A stretch of 64,000 nucleotides of DNA from Rhodosorus marinus CCMP1338. Its lineage: Eukaryota; Plantae; Rhodophyta. A program made the position numbers and the translations under genes. The notes under the pieces were generated by a model that made no database searches, was not told the origin of the DNA, and worked only from the letters and a program-made list of their open reading frames with translations. Each line of letters begins with the position of its first letter. The stretch's first letter is position 1. The stretch lies in NCBI GenBank assembly GCA_029953675.1, contig JAMWBK010000005.1:2976001-3040000 (forward strand), given 5' to 3'. This document shows positions 26,215 to 39,001 of this stretch, in pieces.

Positions 26215-26769
26215 ATTCGGGCTCCAGATGGAGATTCTCGAAGTAGCTCGAACTGCAGTATATAATTATCCCGTGGTTCTGTTTTGCCTTGGTCGATTCC
26301 ACACACATAGACGTGCAAAGTTGCATGCCTTAGTCAGAGACTGCAGCCGACTATCCCTGTATCTGGCACTATATGCTGACAGATCGGGTTAATCGCTCGG
26401 TGAATGACGGGCAGCCCGCAATGACAGAAATCGTGAATATTGGGGAGCGTTCATGGCGATTCCCTGAGTCTTTGCGACGCGATATCTACGCTGCGGAGTT
26501 CAGAGGAGCAATCATCCTTTCCAAAGCCAGATGCCGTAGTAGACAATGGACTACAAACACAAGGTAGAAGAAGGGTGCAACCGGCTGACAGAGAAAAAGA
26601 CCGTGCGACTGCACATACTCATGTCACCACCCGACAAATTCAATCGGCTGGCTATTTTAGAAACGTACAGTTCGTTTGCTGAGCGCTGTCTACGACATGC
26701 ACCTTCGTCACACGGGCCAAAGCACAAACGGGCCAAAGCACAAAACGCGAACGTCTCCCAAGACTTGCA

Positions 26770-27270
26770 TTAACTTAATGGCACCACTTTTGTTCGCAAC
26801 TTCTCCGCCGAGGGAACACGGCTCGCGCGGCCGATCGAAAGGGATGGTCTACTCCCCGCATCATCAGTGGCAACAATTGCCATCATGTGCGTGGCAATGC
26901 ATGGCGCTAAGGACTGCACATCATTCTTGCGGAACCATTCTTCCGTAGCATTTTTGCGTTCTCCTCCTCCTTGCAATCTGATGGTAGCCGAGATGGTGAT
27001 CTGCGAAGGACTTTCCAAACGCACTTGACGCTGCGTATCCCCCAGATACACATATCTACTCATAGCAGCCTTTTCAGGGAAGAAAAAGCCGGAACTGGCG
27101 CAGCTCGAGAGGACGTCTTTCCATGACGATGGTTGCAGATTTGAGCAGGAAAAGCCTATGGATCCATAGAAACACTTTTCCACTTCGCCATGCACCATCA
27201 TCTTCAACCTTTTCCGCCACAAAGACCGTCCTACACGGCTGTTATCGGTCGACGCCAAAAACCCCCACAA
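26770..27270 (-). CDS. Hypothetical protein (possibly organelle-targeted)
   Basis: 166-aa ORF starting MWGFLAS, diverging from an AT-rich promoter-like region. No recognisable domain. Confidence 0.25.
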   Translation of the reverse strand: MWGFLASTDNSRVGRSLWRKRLKMMVHGEVEKCFYGSIGFSCSNLQPSSWKDVLSSCASSGFFFPEKAAMSRYVYLGDTQRQVRLESPSQITISATIRLQGGGERKNATEEWFRKNDVQSLAPCIATHMMAIVATDDAGSRPSLSIGRASRVPSAEKLRTKVVPLS

Positions 27271-29922
27271 TCTTGTATTTCATCTAGCCAAATAAATTCC
27301 AACCTTCAGCTACAATCCTCAATACTACTTCCATCAAACGAAATAAAAGATATTTTGGAGATATTTTGGAGATATTATATCGTACGGCCTATTATTTTTA
27401 AGTTATTCAAATAATCTGCCCGAATGAGCGCGCGAAGACGGCCAAAACGATGGAAGAAAAATGAATATTTATTCGATAAAGGAAACCAGCACGATTTTTG
27501 GTCTTTTCGTTTGTTTATTTTTGTTCCACGCAATCCCGAAATTCGTTGGTTTTTCTTTAATTAAATCAGAGAAGACGTGTAATCCCAATCGAGACCAAGG
27601 CACGAGAGGGGGGGGAAGGTATCGAGATTGCTACGAGGATTTGGTTTGGGTTTTATTTCCCCGACCTATCAAGTAACCAATCAAAATAAGGATATTGAAA
27701 TTTAATTGTCCAATGAATGAAAGCTAATTCCGTCGGTTCTTGAGTGGTCGTATCAGGTTCTGATGATCAGTTTATTCAGCCCCGTATTGTATTCACTATG
27801 GGGTTTTGTAAAAGAGAGAGAGGTGGCGAAGGGGGGGGGGTGTCGGAGGTCTTGGTTGGAAGCTTGTACTTTCACGACAGGGGGAGGAATGTTGTGAAGC
27901 CGAGGGCATGTTGACTAGGTGGATTAACTGATTCGGACCTATTGACGTGGGTAACGTGCTCGTTGGTTTCTCTGGCGATATCCCGTTGGTGGTTTGTTGT
28001 GGTTGGAAGGGTGTGAGTGAGACCTGGGAACCGTTTTCGTTGGGAGGATGACCAGCGCTATTGGGCGTATTGGATATCTTTTTCCACCTCCGCAACTGTG
28101 TTTCCATGTCCGCCTCCCGCCAAAAGCTAGGCAAGCCATTTCCCCCCGGGTACCCAAAGTGCACCAGAACTCTGCCTAGGAAGACTTGCCCTGCCCAGCT
28201 GAGAACCGAATTATCTAAACTGTAAGGATTGGAGGAAAGCAAAAAGAAAGGACGAGCTGGATTAGAATGCAATCCATCCTTGAATCTCATCCAATTCACC
28301 CTCAGAGATCACTTCCAACTTCAACTACACCACGCCGAGGGTTACGGTTACCAGGCAATAGACGCCCACACCAGCCACCCCTATGTGTGCATTCGAACAC
28401 CGCCCTCGCTCCTCCCCCCACCCCCTGTTTTTTTTTTTCTTCACGAGTAGTACTAAAAAGGTCATCTTCTTTTGACAGCGAGACATCATTTGCAACAAAT
28501 TTTGCAACGAAAACGAAAAAAAACGAGGGGCTTCTGATAAGTATTCTTCAACCAATCCCCATCCAGAAGTAGAACATCTATAGGCAGATATTTAAATAGT
28601 TATCCAATCAACACACCCAAACCAATGGAGCCACCTAAATAGTTATTAAATACCAATAAAAGGATTGCGGGTAATTTTGGAAACCCCAATCAACGGGTAA
28701 GGCACCGGACATCAACTATTCATATCATAGAAGACTTTACACCTGTTTCCCGATATTTTCTTATGTTAAATCCAGCCTAACCACTTCCCCCACCCGACAA
28801 TTTATTGCCAGAGCTTAACAGCGCCTGTACATATTATGGATAGGTATTATCGAATTACTCAATACACATAGCCCACAATGCATTTCATCCACAAGGTCCG
28901 GGATTGAGTGCGCATTTTTATATTTTAGAAAATATTTAAAACGTCCAATTTGTTCACAAATCATATTCCATGAAATATCGTCGAAAACTCTTTATAATTT
29001 AATTTTCTTTCGGTCAACTTTTTTTGGATCAGAGCTTTGTGACAAGATACCTGAATCCGAATGGATCGTATTTTCCTACTCCTCCATCGATCGTGAATTT
29101 CGTGCTCCACTCCAAACCCGCGTCGTTTGGAGGAAGGGTTCTCTAACGTCTTTCAAACAAAAAAAAAAACTTATTGTTTTTCACAAAAATGTCTATGCCG
29201 TTTTCATTCATTTTATCAATTTTTTAGCATTAGTCGACCAGTAGATCTTCATGTTTCGTCTACTATTTTTCTGTTTTATAGTTTATTTTTATTATTGCCT
29301 CATTTATTTTCAACTAAACTGCTAATTTTCTTGTTTTGATTATTATTTTTTGTAAATTTGTTTTAGGGTATGGAAACTGGTGGATAGGGTTTTTCAGAGT
29401 TTTTACATCAAGACCAGGATGCAACAGATGACAGCAAGCGTGGTCGAGAAAAGGGGGGGGGGGGAAGGGTTGCGTGTGGGAGATAGACGGATTAGAGGGG
29501 TTTATTAGGGTTATTGTTAGTGGTGAGAGGTATTGGATGAGGAGTAGCGCTGAAGGAGGGCTGAGGGGTGGGGGTTTGGGGGGAAAGGAGGTCGCGTTTT
29601 TGTGAAAGTTATGGGTCTTTCGGAGAATGGGATGCGAAGGGAATGGGAATGGTAGTCCTCTCACTTCTGTGGAAGTTTGTTCAGCGTGTTACTGCTGAGT
29701 TGCCTGGTGGGCCAGAGGGGTCGTACAGGCTAGGGCATCTATGAGGGTGTGTGGTCTTCTTTCTTGGTGTGGATGCGTGAGACTGTGCGAGAATTATGTA
29801 TGGCGGGTGGCGTTGATGGGGCGTGTGTGCGGCGCGCCAATGAAGGAGCAAGAGCTCAGTTCGAGTATTTACTAACTTCTTCAGAATACCCTGGAGGAGT
29901 TTAAGGGATTCCTAGCCCGAGG

Positions 29923-32383
29923 ATGGAGGGTCGAAAGGATGTTGTTGATGAGCATGGTTCTCAACAGCTTACAACTCCATCGCTCCCAAACGCGGTAAGA
30001 TCCGCTCCTAGTTTTCTCCCTTGACGCTGTCGCGCACGAGCTGATCGCTAGGGGGCTTTTGAGTTTGTCAGTTCTCTCCTTTTTTGTTCTAAAGGGGTTG
30101 TTTTCCTCTTTTTCTTGCTGGATGAAGGATTCTCGAGTGAACTATGCCACCCCTTACCCGGGCGAAGGGGTTCAAGGCGTTCATACCGCTGGATGGGACT
30201 CGGCGGCCATTCGTCAGCTGCCGGGTTCAAAGAACTTGCAGCAGCATCGAGGACCTTACACAAACCTAGTGGTTGGCTACGTCAATACGCCTTTGAATAC
30301 TCCGAGCTATATCAGTTCGTACACCCCGAACGCTATCACGTCGGACTACAGCGGACAGATTTTTTTTTCATCGACAGATCCTTCTGGATCAAAGGACAAT
30401 GGGAGACCTTCAAAACGACGTGCGTTCAGTGAATTCAGAGATGTCCACGTTCCGCCAAGAATGGACCCGAATTTGACAGGAGCAGCCCAAGAGCGCGGGG
30501 CACTTCCAACGCCACCGTCAGCAGACAGGAGAGGTTATCGTAGCGGACCAGAGGAGGATATTAGAACGGTGAACAGGAGAATGTATACGCCAGCCATCAG
30601 TAGTAGCTACATTGACGACGTTGTATCGTTGGGATCACCAATGCTGACGATCACGCCTTTGACGGATAGATCCAGGCTCTCTGGGAGCGCTGAGGAGCAG
30701 GTAAATGCAAGGAATGGAGCTGAGTATGGGGCGAGTGAGACCCCCCGACTCCCCGGGGCGATAAGACACGACGTGGGTGATGTACAGAGGACGCAAACCC
30801 CCATTCTGGCGGCTCCCAATACGACGATGGATCGAACACCTGGGGTCCACGGGAGGCCATCTGAAAGAATACCGTTCTTGGGACTTCCGTACACCCCTGG
30901 ACTCGCAGATCCTGCTCTGGATGGTAGAAGTCAAGGTGCGAACGTTGAGGCAGCTCTGTCTGCGGGGAAGCCGGGTGCTGTTCCGGGGCAACATCCTATC
31001 CCGCAAACTCCCGGCTCTGTGGATCTACGAAGATCCACAAAGCCGATGCCTGTGTCAACTCCTGGTGACGCCGCTCAAGCGGGATATGAATCGAGGGCAC
31101 AGGAGAACTATGAGAAAGGAGGAAGGGCCCACACTCCGAGTTTCTTCGGTTTGACCCCAAGTCCCTTACCCCCCTGGGGCCAGACTCCGGCCTTTGGTCA
31201 GACTCCAGCATTTGGTCAGACTCCAGCATTTGGTCAGACTCCAGCATTTGGTCAGACTCCAGCAATTGTTCAGACTCCTGGGATTGGTCGGCCGCCCGGG
31301 GTTGGTCAGACGCCGAGAAAAGGAGAATTTTGGCAGCAGGAAGATGCACTTCTTCCCTCAAAGACGCCTCAGATTACTCCAGCGTTGATACCGCGTGATG
31401 CGCCGTACGGAGACTCGGCGTTCGTTACACCGTTTTGGAGTACACCGCACTTAACGGCTACGGGACACCAGGGTGCGCCTGTCTCCATGGTCTATTACCA
31501 GCAAAGTCCGTACTACGGTGGTAGCAGCGTCTCCCCGCAGGAACCGAATTCTGATGTTTCTCCACCAACTGAGAAGCGAGCAGCGGTGCAATCAGTATCC
31601 ACAACTGCGGATGTACGCCACGCCACAGTTCGTACCAATGCAGACTCTGTGAACACGCAAGTGCAAAGGGATGCGCCAATGGATGGGGCTGGGGCGCCCT
31701 ATGTGCTCGTTGAACATGCTCGGGGTGCTCCGCCGGCAGCTATTGCTCCGCCGGCAGCTATTGCTCCTCCGGTATCTATTGCTCCTCCGGTAGCTATTGC
31801 TCCGCCGGCAGCTATTGCCCCACCGGCAGCTATTGCCCAACAGGTTGGGGGCCAGGTGTTTCCAGGCCACAGTAACCATGGCTACGCAGGACAACAAGTT
31901 GTTTATGTACCGGTAAGCCCTTGAAGGAGCCATACGAGCCCTATTCCCGGTTCACGCATGCTATAGCTGTGGGCTCATAAAGTTTTTGGATTGTTTTGTA
32001 AACAGGCGGTACCATCAGTACCTAGTAGTCATACGGAGGTGGGCAATATGGTTGTTCAGGCCCCAAACGCGTATCCTTACAATCAGCAATATGGACCCGG
32101 TATCGCTGTATACATGCCGTACGGAGATGGACATCCGCATGGGAATGGCGTGGCACCAAACCCCAACGCTGGACTTGCGAACTCGGCGATACCCACTAGC
32201 CAAGTGGAAAAAGTGGACAAGGTGTTGGCTAGGAAGATACAATCCCGCGAGGCAGCAGTTCGACAACGCGAGAGACAGAACCGTGAGTACAACGAGCTGT
32301 GTCAAAGAAACCTTGAGCTCACGAAACGTGCTTCGCAACTGGAAGAACAGAACCAGATCCTTCGCAAAGAGCTGTCGAAATAG
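29923..32383 (+). CDS. bZIP transcription factor with a long Pro/Gly/Thr-rich low-complexity region (start approximate)
   Basis: C-terminal basic region RKIQSREAAVRQRER is followed by four Leu at heptad spacing (ELCQRNLELTKRASQLEEQNQIL). Intron GTAAGC..AAACAG joins ORFs 30059 and 31991. Confidence 0.82.
31178..31316 (+). repeat. 18-bp coding tandem repeat (GQTPAF)n
   Basis: TTTGGTCAGACTCCAGCA units: about five good copies plus degenerate ones, in frame. Confidence 0.9.
31727..31838 (+). repeat. 18-bp coding tandem repeat (APPAAI)n
   Basis: GCTCCGCCGGCAGCTATT units, six copies, in frame. Confidence 0.9.
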
Positions 32384-32599
32384 CTGGGCGCAATCCCAGC
32401 ACTCGATTTTGGAACTGGAGAGTAGACCGAGAGGTTGCTAAGAACTCCAGAAACATAGTTATTTCCACAAGTTTCATTATTTATCTGTACAATAAATTGT
32501 ACTCCTCGCGAGAATCGAGAGGATAGGGACACTCATCGCCACCGAGCCAAGCAATATGGATGCAGCGCCGAAGCTGTGGCGATGCAGTTACGAATTCTG

Positions 32600-33017
32600 T
32601 TTTCTACGGATAAATGAAGCAGATTAATCGTCGTAAGGTCCACTCACGTGGGCTTACGCTGATGTGCATCTTATGGACGAATTACAGCGCGGACAGTGGT
32701 AGACTCTCCCTGCCTCAGAGGACACCTGGTCTATGAGCAAACCTTCTTGCACAAACCCCTTGCGCAAAGCGGTGGGCCACATTCCGAGGACGGGGAAGGC
32801 TTTGGTCACACTTCGTAGATATGAGCGTGCCGGTAACTGGTGAGAAAATAGTCACATGCTCGTGACTCCCCTTTCCATGTCCCAGGACACGCACCCCATG
32901 GTCGTCAATTTTCCGGTCAACTGCAGCTACCCTCAAACCACCAAACCCCCTTTTTTTGCTCACATTCATCTCAGGCCCTTCAAACCAGATAGCTAACCTC
33001 TCAAATTCCGCCATCAA
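32600..33017 (-). CDS. Small hypothetical gene (model uncertain)
   Basis: 100-aa ORF 32715-33017 diverging from RPS16, with a G/T-rich leader. An alternative spliced model (intron of about 94 nt, GTAGCT..CTCACCAG) ends in YHCPRCN. Confidence 0.25.
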
Positions 33018-33486
33018 TCATTTTTCATCTATAATGACTCAGTACAGCCTGTCCTCTATTTATTCTACCTAAATTCAAAACACCATTTTTCAGCCATCCC
33101 TGAAGTCCGAAAGACCCCACAGCAAAAATCCATTTTTCATGATCATCCGCAGTATGACAGGCTGTCTCCCTTTTCCCTTTTGAAAATGAGGTTTGTTCTA
33201 TTTTATTGAAATATTGTAATTATTTTGGGTATCCTTCATTTTTCACGTTTTCGGCCGTCGTCGTCGATGGGAAGTCCGGGATGTGAGTTTTTTGGTAGAT
33301 TTTAGTTCGGATTTGATGTGAGACGATGGAGTGGGGGAACGGTTGTCTTTTCGTTGAAGAGGACGGAGGGCTCTTTGCGGGTGAGGGGAAGAGACTTTTG
33401 AAGACGTCCGGTTTACTGAGGGAGAAAGGTTTAGAGGGTTTGAGAGGGGCGTTTTTGAGTAGGTTTCTTGGGAGCACATAATCAGT

Positions 33487-34347
33487 ATGGTGGAGAAGAG
33501 GAACAGTGTTCAGGTGTTCGGTAGGAAGGTGAGCCTGGTGCACCAAGTTGTTTTTTTGGAGGGGGGGTGGCATGGGAGTTTGGTTTGGGGAGGAGTCGAT
33601 CAGGGTGGAGAGAGGGGTTTTCTGGCGTACTGAACAACTTTTTTTCTCGTGTGGTTTGCTGCGCTTTTTGGTATTTTGTGTGTGCCTAGAAAACCGCCGT
33701 CGCAGTTGCGCTCGTCCAAGGCAATGGGAAGGGACTCGTGAAAGTTAACGGATGTCCCCTGGATCTTTTGGAGCCGGAAGTTCTGAGGGTGAAGGCGTTG
33801 GAGCCCATTCTTATCCTTGGTCAGGAGAGGTTTGTGGACTTGGACATTCGTATTCGTGTGAAGGGTAAGCGAAGAAAGAGTCAAGCCAGCCGGATATTTC
33901 TTCGTGGATATGGTAGTGGAGGTTTTTTTGTGTTTTCGGGAGTCCGTGAAGGAAGCAACGTTGCTCACGTTGGCTTGCGCTTTTGTGACCTTTTTTACTA
34001 TCTAGGTTCGGGTTTCACCAGTCAAGTATACGCCATTCGACAAGCGATTGCCAAGGGTATCTGTGCTTATTATGCGAAATATGTTGACGAGGCGACTAGG
34101 AAGCAGCTGCGAGATCTCCTCATTTCCTACGATAGAAGCTTGCTCGTGGCGGACCCCAGAAGATGTGAGCCGAAGAAGTTTGGTGGCCGGGGTGCCAGAG
34201 CCAGGTATGAATACTACGTCCTCTTTTCTCAACTTGGATATGAGGGTTTTCAGATTCCCGGAGCCTTGTTCACATATCTGCTCCGTAGTTCGAATGCTGA
34301 CTCCATGTTTCCTTGCTGATACCAGGTTCCAGAAATCGTACAGATAG
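33487..34347 (+). CDS. RPS16: 40S ribosomal protein S16 (uS9), four exons
   Basis: VQVFGRK|[22 protein letters not shown]|[15 protein letters not shown] and [22 protein letters not shown]|FQKSYR. Confidence 0.97.
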
Positions 34348-34399
34348 ATTTATGCTTACTCATTCCTTCGGGAGAACAATAAAAGAGAAAACATTTATA

Positions 34400-35750
34400 T
34401 TTCCAGACGGTCGCGCTCTCTCTGATCTCAACCAGCTTTCAACCCTCTTACCCATTGCGAATTCCTGAGAACGAAATTCAGTCGTCAGCAACGGCTGGTT
34501 GATGCCAAACCGGCAACTGCCCATTAACAGCCCTTTACTACGTTCATCAGGGTTCAGGTTGTTCCGACAAGCCGTGAAGATTTGAACTTTCTCAACAGAT
34601 TCCTTTGAGAACTTCGCGGGTGTTCGCATGTTCGCATTGGAACCCTCTTTGAGATACTGTCCGTACGGACTCCACCACAGACCTCGCCAAAGAGGAGTGC
34701 AATCACCCGCGCCCGCCTAGAGTGTATAAAGTAGTTCGCACAATGAAAGCAACGCAGGCTCCCTTCGAGTGGTTCCGTTCGTCGTTGCACTGGGCGACTG
34801 GACGCGCTGCTACCTGTTCGGTGGCTCCGAATCGTGGTGGGAACGTTCTTCAGCAAAACTCGCTTAGGCAAATGAAAACTCTATGCGCTAGAACAGCCAT
34901 GCGAGAGGACCGTCAGTCACTTCATTCCGTTGCTGTTGCAGGGTTCGGATACGATCACAGTGAGGGAACGAAAAATAGTGTTCCTCGAGCTGCTAGGGCT
35001 CTTTTGCAACGAACTGAGGTACAAGGGAAACTTGTTGAAGGGACGTGACACTCATTCACTGACTAGACTCGGCAGAAATGTCGTTGAATCTCACTGTACA
35101 AAAATTTGCAGAAGCCAGGAAAACCCATCAAGCTCGAGGGAAGTAGCGGCAACGAACGCCAAACTGTCTGCCAGGTACATCACGTCCCAACTAACTGGGT
35201 TTCCTGTACTAAACAAGTATGAAAATACCCGTCTCATACTGGAAATAGAGGGCCATGACAAAATAAGGGGGTTGACAATGATCCTGGACGGATCAGCTGA
35301 AGAGCTCTACAAAGAAACGATCAAAGCAGACTCTTACATACCGTACGATGAGAAAACTGTACAACTCAGATAATAATACTACGGGGAGTTTCAGACCAAC
35401 ATCGCATAGGAGGAATTCACAAACCTGGGGTATGATCTTTTCCTGAGGAAGAGCCGGCAGGCTCCTCATCAACCGACGAAGGCATTGTACCTTCTGTACG
35501 ACAGAGCAAACGCGTTGCACACAAAAAAAAAAAGAAACAAACCTCTGCCTGAATTTCGCGCAGAAGAACACCTCGTCCGTTGTCTCACAAGAGCAATGTA
35601 GTCGATCGCCGAAGTCTTTCCGTAGACGTTTAATATGATGGGCGATTTCGGTCTGTAGGCGTTCAATATGGCTGCTGATACCCAGCGACTTCGTTATGCT
35701 TATCAGACACCAGACGAGGTGTTCTGCTGCTTCCCCAATTCAGGCAGGCC
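34400..35750 (-). CDS. Possible multi-exon hypothetical gene
   Basis: In-phase minus-strand splice joins give VLLREIQAE|KVQCLRRLMRSLPALPQEKIIPQVCEFLLCD..LIVR|IIVNPLILSWP. Start and end are not resolved, and no family is recognised. Confidence 0.22.
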
Positions 35751-36825
35751 CGATTTCTAAGTTCGAGCCCAGTAACCCAAATTGATTGTATCAATCAAAT
35801 TTACATAATGATTGCTCTCGAGAAAAAAGAGTTCATATTTTCCTTTACTGGTAATATTTAATTCGACTCTTCATATCCATAAATTTAGTCCTTCATCCTC
35901 CTAATTTTATTGTATACTATTATATTTATGTCTATGAGCGTTTATAGCTTTTATTTATTTTCAATACATGATATATCTGGTTGCGATCGGGTCTACTTTT
36001 CTGTTTATTATTATTATTTTCCGAGCAATTTAATTTGTAAAGAAAAATAATATCTCCTGCCCGAGCAAAAACATAAAAAAAAGCTCCTCCCCAAGGCCCA
36101 TGTTCTGGACGACTGACATCCCCCTATTAAGTTTTTGTAAATTTCTAGAACGGGGATAAGCGCTGCGGAAAAAAACAAACAAACCACCTGCCTTTAAAAG
36201 CCATGTCTTCCGTCACTCCTTGACAGTTGATGAAAACAAAATATTTAGTTTTGTTTACGGGCCAAGACAAGACGTTCTTTTTTACCAATGTTCCCCAAAA
36301 AGCTCGACCAGGAGATTTCCATCATTGTTTTTGTATTTTCAATATTTTAAGTACTAATTTTTGCAGAAGGTGAGGATTTTGGAAGATGTTGTTATAAAGT
36401 GGACAGAAAAGGTTGGGTTAGCTGACGCGGAGGGGGTGGTGGGTGGGGGAGTTGGATTTAGAGAAGAGGTAACGGGAGAGTTGGTTGAATCTACTATTAA
36501 CTCTGAAGTTTGTTCTGAGTTTCTAGCGAAAGCGGACAGGCAGTTTTTTTTGGTTTGATTCTTCCACTTTGAGTTGAAAGCCTGCGGATATTTGTTCTGT
36601 GGTCGTTGGGCTGGTCTTCGAGCTGTCGATTTTGAGGAATTGAAGTGATCGAGAAGAATTCTGAGTCGTGTTAGCGGTTGAAGAGTGGGTCTTGGAACGA
36701 GGTTGGAGCTTCTGGCCGTTGTGCTTCTTGTTTGTTCCGCCAGTCGTTTGAGGATGTTTGGGCTTTGAGTGGATCGGCCCTGCGCGATGCTCCGTGAGTA
36801 AAAGGGGGCATCAAATCCGAATGCT

Positions 36826-38749
36826 ATGGATCAAATGCCCGCTTTTTGCGTAGTGCTTGCTTCGGCCGGTGGCAAACCGCGGGGAAAGAGTGAAAACCAC
36901 AAGAGGCGACGGGCGCGGGTCTTCAGGCCTAGGACAAGCCCTATTGATGGGAAACAGATGGAATTGGGACGATTCCCTCAACAGGCGGATGCGGAGGACG
37001 TAGAAAAGAAACCCAGCCGGGGATGGTCCCATGAGTACAGTAGGGAATTTTTGGCCATCTGCCAGGCACAATTCGAGGTTCTCGCACAGATTGTGAACGC
37101 ATCACAGTGTGTACTATATTTGAGGCGTGAAAGATATATTCCAAACGATAAGGAGTATCCACTTGATGACAGTACCTCAGACGACCAAGATTTGGAATTC
37201 ATACCAGTTTGCACATTCCCTGAGCATGGATCCGCAATGGTTGTTGGTGAGGACGGTCAACCTAGGCTGGCTCATCAGCGCCTACCCGGTGGCGTTTCTG
37301 CTACCTCATTGGTTCCGGAGTATCCCTACCTTGCGCCGGAGGGAAGTACGGTGAGACAAACGGAGGATGGGTCCTTAGTTGTACCCGTCATGAGTGGACA
37401 TGATCTTATTGGCATTCTCACCACATGGAAAGGACGAACTGGCTCGGAGAATCAGTCGGCCTCCAAACGGAAAGAATTCTCTTTCATGAACGAAGTTTTG
37501 AAGCTAGTAAAACAGGCGGACCGCCGCGAAGCGAATAAGGATAGAGGCGGGTCTGGGGAGACGAACCAATGGACCGAGCTGGAAATCGAGCGCGTCACTC
37601 AAGTGGCAAGCACCCTTGCTCTTGCCTGCTTGTTGGATCAGAGGACCCAAGAATCTGAAAGATCTCGACAGGAACAACTTAAGGTCCTGGCACAGCTACG
37701 CTCTCTACTGTCGACGGTTCTGCACCAAGTCAAATCACCCCTCGGGGCTCTTGTAACATTTGGAAAGCTGCTCCTTCGGCGACTTCCGGTCGGGGACGTT
37801 AGTCGAGATCTTGCCAGGGACATATTGATTCAATCGGAGCGTATGCAGGAGCTCCTCATACCGCTTGATGGACCTAGCGAGGAACAGCTTGAGCAAAGAT
37901 CACCGAAGGAAAGGCGTTTGAGGCAGAGCGCCAAAAAAAGAGACTATGCCACAGACGTACCATATTTTGAACTGGAAGCGGCGAAGGACAGTTCAACGGA
38001 GACCGAGGTCACGGCAGTGGAGGGTAAGGAGCACAGTAGCCGTGCTGAATGAAACCTTTCATATTGTTCTCGCCTCGGAAAACTGAAGCAAAAACGCGTT
38101 TTGTTTTCTGTGCGGATAGAGCTGTTCTCTGAGTTGGAAATGAGGCGCTGCTGGCTATCAGAATTGATTCTTCCAGCAGTCGATACATGGAGAGCGCTGT
38201 CCGCAGAGGCGAGTCTGAGACTGATACCTTTCGTTGACGAGGACGCCCCACCATGCTTTGTTGACGCGACAGCAGTGGTTGAGGTGATGAACAACCTGGT
38301 TGACAATGCGATCGCGTATACGCCGTCGCCTGGCACGATTGAAGTCTCGCTTGCACCTGTATGATACTGCATTAATCGTTTCGCATAAGTTTTTTTGGTG
38401 TCTGCTACGGCCTGGAGTATTTATCCTTGTCTTCTTGCTCTTCTGTTTCTTTGTCCAGACTGCTGATGAGCAAGGAGTCGTATTTCGTGTAAGAGATACA
38501 GGCTATGGGGTGTCGAAAGATGAGATGGATTCGATCTTCGACAGAGGATTCAGAGGTTCCGCAGCTGAAAAGTGCGAGCTAGAGATGGGTGGCAAGGGGT
38601 TGGGCCTGCATATAGCGAAAGAGATCGTTGAACGCATGAACGGTAAAATTTTCCTTGAAAGCCCGAGCGGAATTGGAGGAGTGTTACCCGGGACCTCAGC
38701 ATCAGTTGTATTTGACAGAAGCGTGGTGACCTCCTCGAAGCAAGAGTAG
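36826..38749 (+). CDS. CSK: Chloroplast sensor kinase (CSK) / cyanobacterial Hik2-like GAF-HisKA-HATPase histidine kinase, three exons
   Basis: GAF region ICQAQFEVL..LACLLDQR, H-box LHQVKSPLGALVTFGKLLLRRL, N-box NNLVDNAIAYT, G1 VRDTGYG, F-box IFDRGFRG and G2 GKGLGLHIAK. Leader MDQMPAFC. Confidence 0.85.
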
Positions 38750-39001
38750 GGCACCGTAGGTGACTTAATGACAAGGGTAGCGGAACTCGCACAACTTTTT
38801 CGACCGATGAGTAAACTAATTAATCAAGAACAGTATGAATGACTGAACGGCATCTTTCAAGATCTGTTCTGACAGAAACCTGCGTACATACGAGGTGTCA
38901 CTCGCTCAAATCACAATTGGCGAACTGCACAAAGCTGTGCACAGTGTCTCTTTAATTACTACCTGTCGAGAACAGCTGCCGAGATTGCAAGATTGTATGA
39001 G

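Noticed and set aside
26710-26741. 16-bp tandem duplication ACGGGCCAAAGCACAA x2
   Set aside because: Simple slippage duplication with no further structure.
27796-28570. Overlapping ORFs and splice-like signals on both strands
   Set aside because: No consistent gene model or recognisable domain could be built.
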